From: Eledone cirrhosa
Taxonomy: Eukaryota
Direction of reading: 5' to 3'
DNA: 64,000 bases
Assembly (NCBI GenBank): GCA_964016885.1
Contig: OZ024740.1
Location: forward strand, 164,052,001 to 164,116,000
Part shown: in pieces, positions 39,879 to 52,912 of the stretch
Layout of the letters: each line of letters begins with the position of its first letter
Numbering within the stretch: the first letter of the stretch is position 1
Notes under the pieces: model-generated
The model's input: only the letters and a program-made list of their open reading frames with translations
Database searches by the model: none
What the model was told of the DNA's origin: nothing
Position numbers and translations under genes: made by a program

Positions 39879-40194
39879 ATAAAATAACACGAGGCTGGAC
39901 TGTCTTTGACGGGGTGGTAGTAGTACACTATAAGCCTACTCCCTTCACCAGCTGGACATAAGTAGGCTTAATAATCACCACTTGAGGGCGGCCGACCGGG
40001 TTAGAAGCTGCTAAATGTTCGGTCGCCCTCATGTCTCTGATTTTCAGCCCCATGGATTTTGTCTATTATATTCCTTTGTTATATTTTGAATACCTGATGA
40101 TGTCACCGGATTCATACTGAACCCGGTCATTGAAATGATCATAGTATAATAAACTTTTAAGGAATTACACCAGTCCAGCCTCCTGTTATTTTAT
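39879..40194. mobile_element. ~315 bp unit bounded by 24-bp inverted repeats and containing a hammerhead
   Basis: ataaaataacacgaggctggactg / cagtccagcctcctgttattttat (1 mismatch); abuts (TA)n. Confidence 0.7.
40090..40147 (+). ncRNA. Minimal type I hammerhead ribozyme
   Basis: atac-CTGATGA-tgtcaccggattca tac tgaacccggtcatt-GAAA-tgatca-TA-gtat; palindromic stem III atgatcat. Confidence 0.8.
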
Positions 40195-40275
40195 TATAAT
40201 ATATATATATATATATATGAAAATGTATGACCCCGACGGCAGAGCTCAAGCCGTTTCGACGGCTATTTCTATATG

Positions 40276-40307
<32 letters not shown>

Positions 40308-40317
40308 CATATATATG

Positions 40318-40418
<101 letters not shown>

Positions 40419-41371
40419 GATTGATTCTATAGACATGTTTTATGATATAATGCTCTGATTTTTGATTTTAACTTATTAATTCTTCATTGAGCTTAAAAGT
40501 GAACAGTCGCAACACATATATGTATCCTTGATTTAATTTAATTTAATTTTATGTATGTGATAACCTCTATATTTATATATATATATATATATATACATAC
40601 ATGCATACACGTATGTATTACCTAATTCGTACTAGCTTCCATTATGTTCTCTTTATTTTCTCTATTAGTTTGTGACCACCCACCCCCTCTCTCTCCGCCT
40701 CTCTCTCTCTCACTCTCTTTCTCTCTCTCTCCTCTCTCGCTCTGTTGTTTTGTCGCTAATCTTTCTGGCTTAATTTATACCATTAAACGAATCTCCAATT
40801 TTATAAACGTCATAATTCTTTTCATCTTAATCTTTTACTTCCTTCTTTTTCTCCTGGATTTCTATATTATACTTGATTTTACTTATCTTTTTCCCATATT
40901 TGTTCCTTTTTTTCAGTATTTTTCTTGTCGCTTCTTTATCAATTTTCTCGTTTTCCTTAGTTTCGTTTTTAATTTATTGTGCTGTTTCTTCCCCATTGTA
41001 ATAAAACAATTTTCAATTATATGTTCTATTTTTCCGCCATTACTGTATAAGTATTTCACATATTCCACATATTTCGTATTAAATAATCTTCTATGTATCA
41101 TTATACTATACAAAGTATAGGTACTTAAAATTTTCTCACTTTCTGGATTTCTGGATTAGCTAATTTTCTTTCGATAAATGCACCTTATTATTTTTCATCT
41201 CGATGTACGAATGTACATATAAATGCGCCATTTATTGTTCTTAGTTCAACATGAATGTTATGATTGAAGGTCATGTATTCGATTGCTTTCGCATTTATGT
41301 GCAGTCCGATATTAACAACTGAAATCTAAACTTGTTTGAACAACTCTGGTGCTGGCTGAGTTTTATTGGCC

Positions 41372-41960
41372 ACTAGCAGTGGTACCCGGCGTTGCACGGG
41401 ATAAGGTATTGTGAAATATATAACCGCCTTAGGTAAACTTAGTATTGCCACAACCACGGCTGGTAAAGAAGTAAGGGTCTGGTGGTACGTAAGTAAGCAA
41501 TACTGTGGCTTAAAACGTGGGGAAGAAGTTGTGTGCACTTACCAACTGTTTGGGGAATGAGTGTGAGATTTGTCTTGAGCAAGGGTGGCATAATAACCGG
41601 AGGCAGCAGACAGCCAGACATACAAACAGATATTATAAGGGCGCGTTCTGGACACAGAGCGCATTGTAGGAAGTAACGTAATGCAGACAGCCAGACATAC
41701 AGACAGATATTATAAGGGCGCGACGTTATATGTATGTATCTATCTAAAAAGAGAAAGAATTATAGAGAGAGATCGCTAAATCGCCTAATGCAGTCCCTAG
41801 GGTATGGAAAATTTGAAATTCCTTTTGCTTAGAACACTCCTTGAAACATAAGTATTACATGTGTAAAGTTTGAAAAGAGTCGGTTGGGTGGTTCTCTAGT
41901 TTTAGGGATTTAAACTCACACACACACACAGACAGACATCCTCAGTTTTATATATATATC
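41372..41960 (+). mobile_element. Helentron/HINE-like non-autonomous element
   Basis: Starts actagcagtggtacccggcgttgcacggg (terminal hairpin) and ends acagacagaca...gttttatatatata; architecture recalled from DINE-1/HINE elements. Confidence 0.55.
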
Positions 41961-41989
41961 AGTTTTATATATATCAGTGTTATGTTAAC

Positions 41990-42830
41990 AAAGTCAAAGT
42001 CAGTGAAAATGACTGCCGGTTTTCAGCACGATCTCTGCCCGTCTATGGTAAATATCAGGTTTTTCTCTTTGTTATCCATTGCTTGATGCATCGTAAAGTC
42101 TAAGTCTATTACGAACAGATAATTTGCAAGAGCCACATCCTCCATGCAGTAACTTTGCCATTATCTAGAAAAAAATCACCTTGTCCTTCCACAGAAATAT
42201 CTGGGATTTTTATAAGCTTTTCCAATGGCTAAAACTAGATCTTTCGTTTTTCAGTAAGCTCATAGGATTTTGAGCATTTTGCCTCGGTGAATACTATCAA
42301 AATCTTTCTGAAATCAACAAATATAATTGTTGCTACTTTTGGCACAAGGCCAGTGTATTACTGATACTTTATTTTATCGACCCCGCAAGGATGAAAGGCA
42401 AAGTTAACCTCGGCGGGATTTGAACTCAGAATGGCAAGGGCCGTAACTCTATGCGTCAAAGCATGGCATACGACCCTCTACCGATACTCCCAATCCACCG
42501 CCTTAATAATTGTTTCTACTTTTTGGCACAAGGCCAGCAATTACCCAGTACATTACTGGTACTTTATTTTATCGACCACGTAAGGATGAAAGGCAAAGTT
42601 AACGTCGGCGGGATTTGAACTCAGAATGGCAAGGGCCGTAACTCTATGCGCCAAAGCATGGCGTCCGACCCTCTACCGATACTGCCAATCCAGTGCACTG
42701 AAATCAACAAATATAATGATAGTAAGTAGTATCTTTGCCTTAACAGTCTCAATTACACGCCAGAGGAAGAGTATCTGTGATGATGTGACTGGTCAGGCTT
42801 AAAGCTATTATAATTTGGGCTAAGGTGACG
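41990..42830 (-). pseudogene. Old LINE RT fragment
   Basis: Minus strand gives an FVDFRK.FDS-like motif and a degraded QG..LA.YLF-like motif; interrupted by a SINE dimer. Confidence 0.45.
42328..42697 (-). mobile_element. Tandem dimer of the tRNA-derived SINE
   Basis: Two units bounded by one 20-bp direct repeat, ctgaaatcaacaaatataat. Confidence 0.85.
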
Positions 42831-43361
42831 ATCGAGTACAGGTGGATTATGGTTTATTTACATCATTTGTCATTCATGGCTTATTTTTAAAGAGCTGGTA
42901 CGTATTTCATCGATCTACTAAGTTATAAACAAACAACACCGATTGTTAAGCGGTATAGACACATATATGCACATATACTCATACGAGTATATCTATCATA
43001 TGAACATATATATATATATATGTACACATTTATGTGTGTGTATGTCTGTCCGTATCTGTGTCTACTAACCAGTGCTGTTTGTTTACATCTGCTAACCTGC
43101 GACGGGATTCCGTGCAGTTTCCCGTCTACCAAATTTCATTCATAATGTGAGTCGACCCGAGGGTATGGAAATGACACCACAATCATATATGTTTGCCATT
43201 AGTTATATAATGTTTGTCTTGCAGTCTGACACTTCGTGGATATAAGAATATTGGAAGAAATCCAGACTTTTAGAAACTGTTGTTTAACGTCAGCATTAAT
43301 TAGTCCGTAAAAAAGTTTGCAAAGAAAGAATTCAATATCCAAACATATCGGAATATAGACA

Positions 43362-43376
43362 GGCTGCTGTTGCTGC

Positions 43377-43408
<32 letters not shown>

Positions 43409-43654
43409 TTGCTGCTACTGCTGCTGTTGCTGCTGCTGCTGCTGTTGCCGCTGTTGTTGCCACTGCTGTTTCTGCTGCTGTTGCTGCCGCTGCTGTTGCT
43501 TCGGCTGCTGCTGCTGTTGTCGCTGCTGCGGTTGCTGAGACTGTTATACTTTTTCTCTGTTGTTGTTAATGTCACTCTTTCTTTTCTTTCCTTCCTTCGT
43601 TGTCGTCGTCATCCACCACCGCATCTTCTTCTTCTTCTTCTTCTTCTTCTTCTT

Positions 43655-43686
<32 letters not shown>

Positions 43687-43718
43687 CCCCCCCCCCCTCC
43701 TCCTCCTCCTCCTCCTCC

Positions 43719-43752
<34 letters not shown>
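43362..43752. repeat. Compound (CTG)n/(CTT)n/(CCT)n/(CAT)n microsatellites
   Basis: Direct reading. Confidence 0.95.
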
Positions 43753-44043
43753 GAGAGAGTATGCCTTACGATGTTTAGTTACGTCACTTTACTTTCTAGA
43801 TGAAAAGTAAATGTCGACCTTACGTTTCATTGTTTTGAGGTTAATAATATAAGTAGCGGTCATACACTGGGTTGATTGATTCAACTTCATTCTTCTCTTC
43901 AAAAAATGGATGGGTTTATACTAAGTTGGCCCCTAAATTAGACTGAGAGAAGCATAAAGGAGGGAGAAATGTGTGACGAGGAAGGAAATACAAACACACA
44001 GAGAAAGAGAAAGAAAGGTAGAAAGAGAGCTAGCGATAGAGAG

Positions 44044-44087
<44 letters not shown>

Positions 44088-44195
44088 TGAGAGAGAGAGA
44101 GAGGGGGAGTGAGAGAGAGAGAGAAAGGGACTGAGAGAAGAGCAGATACTGAGGGAGGAAGAGAGAGGTGGAGAAAAAGGAAAAGAACGAGTAAG

Positions 44196-44384
44196 AAGGC
44201 CAGCAATTTTGGGGAAGAGGAAAGTCGATTAAATCTACCCCAGTGCATGACTGGTACTTTATTTTATCGACTCCATAAGGATGAAAGGCAAAGTTAACTT
44301 CGGCGGGCTTTGAACTCAGATCATAAAGGGCCGTAACTCTATGCTGCAAAGCATGGCGTCCGACCCTCTACCGATACTGCCAAT
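44196..44384 (-). mobile_element. tRNA-derived SINE (Meta-domain-like)
   Basis: Same family as 53196-53385. Confidence 0.8.
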
Positions 44385-45748
44385 AATGATACCAAGATTG
44401 GCGGGAAAGGGGTTAATTTAAAAATAATCACAATAGATGTGGTACAATAGTGTAAAATATTGCGATCTAAGGATACAGGTATGGTTGTGTGGCTAAAACG
44501 TTCGCTAAATATCTGCATAATTCCGGGTTCGATTCCATTGAGCGTCAGTTCTATGATGACCTCGGCTTTCTATCATGATTATTTCATCTTTTTAATTGAA
44601 ATCAAACACTGTATTATTCAACGTATCTTCCCAGCGCAAGACGTTAAGGAATTTTGGTTTCTATTTCTAGCAAATCGAGTGACTAATTTCCTGGTTTGTT
44701 GTTATGATTTGATAGTGGTTTCTATGTGTAGCAGCTGTTTAAAGCCACACAATCAAATGTTAATAAATTTATGAAGAATTAAATTCTTTCATTGATAGAA
44801 ATCTTGAGATTGTTGAAGGATATGAAAGTATGTGATTGAACTGTCCATCAATTTTATGTTAACAAATACAACTGAAAAGAAGAAGAACAACAACAAGTAA
44901 AAACAATTTCTGTCACTGTTTCTGTTTCTTGAATGTAATTATTGCTTTTATCTCTTTATTTTCCGTATCTATCAAATACTTAATAATTATTGCACATTAT
45001 TTAAAAACATAATGAGTGGTGGTGGTAGTGCTGGTGATGAAAATTGTAATTTGTAGTTACACCTACACATATAACAGTAGCATCATTTCAAATTGTGGAT
45101 GTGTGTTTGTCCATTACATAGGCTTAACTGTGATCTATTAATAATCGAATGTCATCTTTTGCGTTTATCTATTATATGCACGATTTAACATGTTAAGATC
45201 GGATCGGTCCGTTTAGGGTAGTGATTAAAGATCTAAAGTAGTACTTACAAACTCAGCTATTACTCTTCTTACCAGTAACACCATATCAAATAAAACCATC
45301 CATAACGCTCAGTATCATAAACAAACCACACATACATTAGTCAAAACACTAGGAGCTACAAATAAAATGGCGTACAAACAACATATTAAGTCAATTATGT
45401 ATAATTCTAATGTTGTTTGTGCCCAATCTCGCCATAGTAAACCACAATAAACTACAAAGTGCACAAACCAATGTACTTTGCATCATCATAAATTGCACAC
45501 GTCCGTAAAAGACCCACAATGAAACAAGCATACTAAAAATGAAACTTTACCAAAATATGCGAGAGTTATTCCTTAAACATCTAAACACATCATAAACAAA
45601 CCAACACGCTACTACAACACTTCGGATTGCTCATACAATACCTCGGAACATTACTACAAGTTCACAACACTCGTACATAGCTCCAACATAAGAGGAACAC
45701 CAATAACCTCATTAGTCGTAAAATATATTTTTGAATGCACGTTACGAC

Positions 45749-45799
45749 TAATAAGTAGATAGGAACAGCAAGGATATTGCTGTTCCTATCTACTTATTA
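45749..45799. repeat. Perfect 23-bp hairpin
   Basis: taataagtagataggaacagcaa ggata ttgctgttcctatctacttatta. Confidence 0.9.
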
Positions 45800-46061
45800 T
45801 TCCTTTGGGACAGAATCTGTTTTATCTACCTCACCAGTGGTTATCATTAAAAATCTGCAAGTATGTAGAAATATGTTGAATAGCTGAAAGAGTATATGTA
45901 CCTCAACAGAATCTGCGGGAGTAGAGACAGACGGGATAATAGGAAACTCTACACTCCATACGATGCATCTCCGTATGTCGGAGTGAGCAGTACGATCGTA
46001 TATTAGTTTCTTGTGTCTGCTTGAGGAGGGCACACCTGGGTCACCCCCACCACTATGAATA

Positions 46062-46168
46062 CATGGTTCAATCCCTATACACGGCACCTTGGACGAGTGT
46101 CTTAACTATAGCCTCAGGTTGACCTGTGAATGGAATTTGATACGGAAATTTCAGTATCCCGTCGTATA
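46062..46168 (+). mobile_element. Fragment of another tRNA-derived SINE family
   Basis: ggttcaatccc...ggcaccttggacgagtgtctt...cggaaa...cccgtcgtatat; related pieces at ~43100-43180 (-) and ~35655-35710. Confidence 0.55.
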
Positions 46169-46194
46169 TGTATGTATATATGTATGTATATATG

Positions 46195-46809
46195 TCGGGT
46201 CACTCTTGAGTGCTACTGGTAACATGTAACCCAGTACAACCTGTTACATGGTCGGGTCGTCGGCGACTAAACCGGCAACCCACCAAGTTTACTTGGTGAG
46301 GAGGGTAATTTTAGACACCCTGCAGATCAAAACCTGACAAAGGGCGGAAGATCTCATGAGAGTCAACGGCCATCCAAAAATGTGTAAGTATGTATATATA
46401 CATATGTACATATGTATGTATATGTATATATGTATATGCATGTGTGCATGTGTATGTATATGCACGGGGACATAGAAATAGTTGGGCTGGATACCCGATC
46501 GTGTGGTTAAACCACTGGGAGTGAAGGACCCCTAGCCTTTGTCGGGACATTCTTCTAAGAGAAAATAACTCAGGAAACTGGGATAACTCCGACATAAAAC
46601 CTGCGATTCAGTAGTTACCGATAATGTTTATCTTTTCTTCTTTTCGGGTTATAGCTGCTGTCGCTCAGAAAGTGGGATTGGCTCAGTGCACAGTCTTTCC
46701 TCACTTTAAAAAAATCTTCACGCACAGGCATTGCACGATAGAATTAATTAATAATTATTAATAATGGTGTAACGTTCAATGGCCATACTTGATACCGAGG
46801 GAAGCCATC

Positions 46810-46810
<1 letters not shown>
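46195..46810 (+). mobile_element. RTE-derived non-autonomous element (subtype A), uninterrupted, with (GTAT)n tail
   Basis: Structured head, internal TATG spacer, aaaacctgc motif, 3' hairpin ggccatacttgataccgagg. Confidence 0.8.
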
Positions 46811-46842
<32 letters not shown>

Positions 46843-46895
46843 TGTATGTATGTATGTATGTATGTATGTATGTATGTATGTATGTATGTATGTAT

Positions 46896-47418
46896 GGACA
46901 TCCTGCAGGACTAAAAACAAAACCTGTCAAAGGGCAAAGGAGCTCTTAAGAGTCAATGGCCATCCAAAATCACCGGGAGAGATGACCACTTAGCCTTTGT
47001 CAAGGCAGAATTCTAGGAGAAGGAAAACTCTGATATAACACCTGCAACTCTGATGGTATCCAATGATGTTGACTTGTTCTTCTTTTTGGTAAATATCATC
47101 TTGGTTAAGAGAGTGGGACTGGCTTTGTGCAGTGCCTTTGCTCACTATAAAAGCTTCACGGCACAGGCATTTTTTTATATCTGGAGATCTCTCTGCACTT
47201 GTCGTCACATGGTACCATGGGCCCAGCACTATGAGTCAATAATTGTCACAGGTGTAGTGTTTGTACCAGAGTTTTCAAGTCGCTGTCTGGACTAAAAAGT
47301 CACACTCGTTCAGCGCATCGGTAGGAGTTCTCCTACATGGATATAAAGTAGTGGCCATACTCGAAAACGAGTTGGCAGCCACCATGTATGTATGTATGTA
47401 TGTATGTATGTATGTATG

Positions 47419-47450
<32 letters not shown>

Positions 47451-47682
47451 AGCTTCACGGCACAGGCATTGCTTTATATCTGGAGATCTCTCTGCACTTG
47501 TCGTCACATGGTACCATGGGCCCAGCACTATGTGTCAATATTTGTCACAAGTGTAGTGTTTGTACCAGAGTTTTCAAGTCGCTGGCTGGACTAAAAAGTC
47601 ACTCGTTCAGCGCATCGGTAGGGGTTCTCCTACATGGATATAAAGTAGTGGCCGTATTCGAAAACAAGTTGGCAGCCACCAT
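46896..47682 (+). mobile_element. RTE-derived element (subtype B), 5'-truncated, plus a partial tandem copy (47448-47682)
   Basis: Matches 48620-49107; each unit ends gcagccaccat(gtat)n. Confidence 0.8.
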
Positions 47683-47730
47683 GTATGTATGTATGTATGT
47701 ATGTATGTATGTATGTATGTATGTATGTAT

Positions 47731-48443
47731 GTTCTTCTGGTTTTATAATTTCACAAAGTTTTACCAATAGAGAGAGAGTCGGTTTCTAACATAGACACAA
47801 GACTCTCTCATTGGAATTTACACATCAACTAGGTAGATATGTATGCATGCATGTGTAGATATGGATGTTATTGTATGTGTGGATGTGTATGTGTGGATGT
47901 GTATGTTTTGAGTTGTATGTGTGCATGTGTATATGCTTTGCATCTGTACATGTGTATATGCAGTTATTAGATGCAACATTGTTGGAATGTTTTACATATT
48001 TTTACTGTTCCATTAATGGATTGTACTTGTAGTTTCCTAACTAGTTGTGTTCTTTCTGTTCCTGTGAAGCCTAGCTTCTCAAGATTTGTATTGAGGCAGT
48101 TATTAACATATCCCAGTGCCCCAATAATCACACACATAAATCTGAAGGTGTAATCAGGGTGGAGTATATGCAGATTTCTCATCAGTTCTGCATAAATATT
48201 CTCCTTTTCACTAATCTTTGATATTATATTGGCATCTGCTTGGCAGCTAATTTCCACTACTGTGCATGTTTTCTTCTCCCTGTCCCATATCATAATATCT
48301 GTTCTGTTATGCCTGCATCTATTGGGGTTTTTACTGGAACATTCCACCAGCACTCTTTCATATTATGCACATGGATGTCTTCCACATTGTTGTAGCTTTT
48401 AATGTTTATTATCGGGGCTATCTTTTTTACGAACTGCATTGTA
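47731..48443 (-). mobile_element. R4-clade RLE element C, short 5'-truncated copy, with (TATG)n on both sides
   Basis: RLE domain NRTDIMIW..VVEISC...KENIY; closely matches 49225-49933. Confidence 0.9.
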
Positions 48444-48498
48444 AAGTATGTATGTATGTATGTATGTATGTATGTATGTATGTATGTATGTATGTATG

Positions 48499-48526
<28 letters not shown>

Positions 48527-48529
<3 letters not shown>

Positions 48530-49107
48530 CATGTATCCCAGTACAACTTGTCTCATGGTCGGGTCGTTGGCGACTAAACTGGCAACCCCACCAAGGTTTG
48601 TTGGTGAGGAGGGTGACTTTGGACATCCTGCAGGACTAAAAACAAAACCTGTCAAAGGGCAAATGAGCTCTTAAGAGTCAATGGCCATCCAAAATCACCG
48701 GGAGAGATGACCCCTTAGCCTTTGTCAAGGCAGAATTCTAGGAGAAGGAAAACTCTGATATAACACCTGCAACCCTGATGGTATCCAATGATGTTGACTT
48801 GTTCTTCTTTTTCGTAAATATCATCTTGGTTAAGAGAGTGGGACTGGCTTTGTGCAGTGCCTTTGCTCACTATAAAAGCTTCACGGCACAGGCATTGCTT
48901 TTATCTGGAGATCTCTCTGCACTTGTTGTCACATGGTACCATGGGCCCAGCACTATGTGTCAATAATTGTCATAAGTGTAGTGTTTGTACCAGAGTTTTC
49001 AAGTCGCTGGCTGGACTAAAAAGTCACACTCGTTCAGCGCATCGGTAGGGTTCTCCTACATGGATATAAAGTAGTGGCCGTACTCGAAAACGAGTTGGCA
49101 GCCACCA
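48527..49107 (+). mobile_element. RTE-derived non-autonomous element (subtype B) with a C2H2 remnant
   Basis: Shared head; [23 protein letters not shown] near the 3' end; hairpin gccgtactcg-aaaa-cgagttggc. Confidence 0.82.
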
Positions 49108-52100
49108 TGTATGTATGTATGTATGTATGTATGTATGTATGTATGTATGTATGTATGTATGTATGTATGTATGTATGTATGTATGTATGTATGTATGTAT
49201 GCATGCATGTATGTATGTATGTATGTTCTTCTGGTTTTATAATTTCACAAATTTTTTCCCAATAGAGACAGATTCGGTTTCTACCATAGACACAAGACTC
49301 TCTCATTGGAATTTACACAACATCAACTAAGTAGATTATGTATTAATGCATGTGTAGATATGGATGTTATTGTATGTGTGGATGTGTATGTTTTGAGTTG
49401 TATGTGTGCATGTGTATATGCTTTGCATTTGTACATGTATATATATGCAGTTATTAGATGCAAAATATTTGGAATGTTTTACATATTTTTACTGTTCTAT
49501 TAATGGATTGTACTTGTAATTTCCTAACTAGTTGTGTTCTTTCTGTTCCTGTGAAGCCTAGTTTCTCAAGATTTGTATTGAGGCAGTTACTAACATACCC
49601 CAGTGCCCCAATAATCACAGGCATAAATCTGAAGGTGTAATCAGGGTGGAGTATCTGCAGATTTCTCATCAGTTCTGTATAAATATTCTCCTTTTCGCTA
49701 ATCTTTGATATTATATTGGCATCTGCTGGGCAGCTAATTTCCACTACTGTACATACTTTCGTCTCCCTGTCCCATATCATAATATCTAGTCTGTTATACC
49801 TGCATTTTATTGTAGTTTTTACTGGAACATTCCACCAGTACTCTTTCATATTATGTACGTGGCTGTCTTCCACGTTGCTGTAGCTTTTAATGTGTTTATT
49901 ACCGGGGCTATCCTTTTTACGAACTGCATTGTACAGTGTTTTGGCCACTACATCATGCCTCATAGGTAGATAGTACCGCGATGACATCTTTGGACAGCTG
50001 CTGATGACATGGGTGACATCCTCGATGTTAGTTCTGCAGAGTCTGCACTTGTTATCACCTCTTGGTGTTTTGCCTGCATCTCTATCTCTTTTGTGAATCA
50101 GGTATTTCGTGTTAATCTCCTGTTCTTGGATTGCAAAAGCGTATCCTTCTAAGTGGGAGCCAATATAGCGGTTGTTGGTCCAAGATAGGCTACTTTCCTT
50201 ATCTACATTACTCTCTCTCTGGAGCTTCCTGGCAACATATCCATGCATGATCTTTTGCTGATAAGTATGCAGTTTTTCATCCATGGATTCACTACGATAC
50301 TGCTGAGCGACTTCCCTGGGTGTGAGCTTTTGATTATCACATAGGGAATATCTCTCGAGGAGTTCCTTCCCAACTCTCATGATCTTATCTGTTTCCTGCA
50401 GATAGACTTGCTCGAGAGACGGGCTCCTACGCTTCGAGGTTCGTAGATGTTGTTGGAGAGATATGATGCGACATTCAAATGCTGTCTGGACTGATGTTAT
50501 GCCTCTGCCTCCCTGCTTACATTTCAAGTAAAGGCGGTCTATGTCACTGTTGATGTGGAAGTTCCCGTGTAGTTTAGTATTTTTCGAGTTCCAACATCAA
50601 CTGCTCGGATTTCGTCCATCATCCAATTGAGTATTCCAAACGTTGGTGTTAGGACAGGCACAGCAAACACATTGTGAGCCACTGTTTTGTTTTGCGCAGA
50701 GAGTTCCGATGACCAAATCTTTCTTAATCGGGTGTAGTATTCCCTGGTTACGCATTCCTTATTACAGATACCATTATAGGATATGTTCTCATCTATCCCC
50801 AGGTATCTGTAGCAGTCCTCATCAGATATCGGTGAAACAGTTAGGCCATTGATGACAATGTTGCTAGATTGGGTTGTTGTTTTCCCCCGCTTTATAGTCG
50901 TGTATGAGCATTTATTTTGGCCAAACTACATTCCTATATCCTTTGAGAACGCTGTAACCAGGTCAAGACTTTTCTTCATCCAATCCATGTTCTTGGCATA
51001 TAGTTTCAGATCGTCCACAAAGAAATTATGGTTAGGTTCGTATTTCTGCCCTCCTGTGAGCCAATGATGTATCCCTCACATTTCTTGAGCAGAAAGGACA
51101 AGGAGTTTAATGACAAGATGAAAAATATCACAGAGAGACTGTCCCCCTGAAATATACCCCTGCACTATTTTATTTTATCAGTGAAAATAGAGTCCTCCCT
51201 CTCTGTCTTTAACCTTAGGATAGTAGCCCAAGAAGAAGACAGCCTCTCTATGTCTCTGACAATAATGTCTGGGACTTTAGCTAGTTGGAGGGCGTCTATC
51301 ATCCAAGAGTGGGGAACAGAATCGAAAGCTTTCTTGTAGTCCAGCCAGACTGTAGCCATATTCCTCCTAAGTTGTCGCACCTCCGACATCGCAGTTTTGT
51401 TGATTAGGAGTTGTTCAGCACATCCCCAAACCCCTTTATTTCCAGCTGTTTGTTCATCTGAGATGATGTTATTATTTTCACAGTCATCTTGGAGGAATAG
51501 GTTCAGGCAGGCTGTATACATCTTATACATCAGGTTCTGGCATGCAACGGGTCGGTAGTATTTTGCCAAGTGGGTGTCTTTGTTCTTGGGGATCAGTAAT
51601 GTTTGTGCTAATGTCAACCATTCTGGTATAAGTGTATCTCCCTTAAGAACTTGTTGGTAGACGTCAGTAAGATACCTCCGATAGAATATCAGTGTTTTGT
51701 ACCAGTAGCCGACAATCATATCTCTTCCTGGTGTTTTCTTATCTTAGAATTTTCCTATCACAGTCTCAAGGGTACCCTCACTTATTTCGTATGTTTTTGT
51801 TGTAGTGTAGGAGCAATAGTTCTTTCGGATTTCTCTTAGCCACACTGCATCTTGGTTGGAATTCTTCTTTTCACTCCATATTTTGCTCCAAAAGGAATCT
51901 ATGTACTTATTATTTTGTTCTTCATATCTCTATAGACCGATGTTTGGTTTCGTCTGAATCTTTTATTAAGCACTTTACTCTTATCTACCTTCTTCAGGTA
52001 TCGGCGTTTTTCGCTAACAGCTCTTAATTCTTGTTTGAGGGTGATCAGCTTATATTGAAGAGTTCTGGTTCTACTGTTACCAAACATCGTCTCTATTTCA

Positions 52101-52310
52101 TTTTTCACTCTTTGTTGGTGAGGAGTGAGTTTTTTTTGTGTTTGTTTGCATGAAAGGAGCGTTGTCACAATCGTAGGTCAGCAATCTTTTTTTCTATTTT
52201 AGTTATATATGATGGTATTTTTGGTGGTGTTCTGTTCTTGTTAATATATCTGCTATCACCAAGATAATGCTTCACTGTTGTTGCTAATGCATATAAACAG
52301 GCGTTGATTT

Positions 52311-52912
52311 TTAACGAAGGGATATTAATAAGTAATTAGATGGTTATATGTGGTTATTAGAAATAACAATAATAAATGATTTTAGTTTATATATGGTTTA
52401 CTTCACGTGAATCAATTAAAATGTACAATAAAACAGTTACCAAGAGTTGCGAAGGTTGACAATGTTATTTTGTTGTTGATATGAAAACAGCGAGCGACGA
52501 GATAATGTTTGTTGGTGGTTAAAGATTGTTGCAGTCGTCATAGTAGTTTTCGTCGTGAGTCTGAGACCATAGTGAGTGAGAGATAGTAATGGTCTGTAAT
52601 TGATTGTAGACCACTGTGGCTTCTAGATAGCGGAATATCTTTCACATAGCGGGTCTGTAGTAGTAGGGCTCTGATCTCTCTATCTCTGTAGACCACTGGG
52701 GTCTGTTGATAGTGGTGAATCTTTACATAGTTTGTTATGTATCGTAGAGCTCCAATCTATATGTTCAAGGTGGGAAAATATAGGCTTTATATACCTGTCG
52801 CTTTCTGCCTCCCACCTTTAGGGGATAGCCCACGCATGAACCTGTTCACACCAAAAGGGTGATGACTTTTAGGTGTCACCCAAGGTTCAAAGCGAGGACA
52901 GATTTCACTACA
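52311..52912. mobile_element. Solo-LTR-like insertion in R4 element C
   Basis: 5-bp TSD gattt; ends t(g)taacgaa...ttcactaca; excision restores host frame TFWQINACLYALA. Confidence 0.7.

Noticed and set aside
40644-41120. 158-aa hydrophobic ORF
   Set aside because: T-rich low-complexity sequence with no motif support
43300-43810. Poly-Leu and poly-Ser ORFs; likewise the [12 protein letters not shown] and LSIY ORFs elsewhere
   Set aside because: Microsatellite artefacts
46195-46300. Canonical HDV-like or twister ribozyme call for the RTE-derived head
   Set aside because: Could not build P1.1/P2 or the twister pseudoknots by eye; kept only as an unassigned structured RNA
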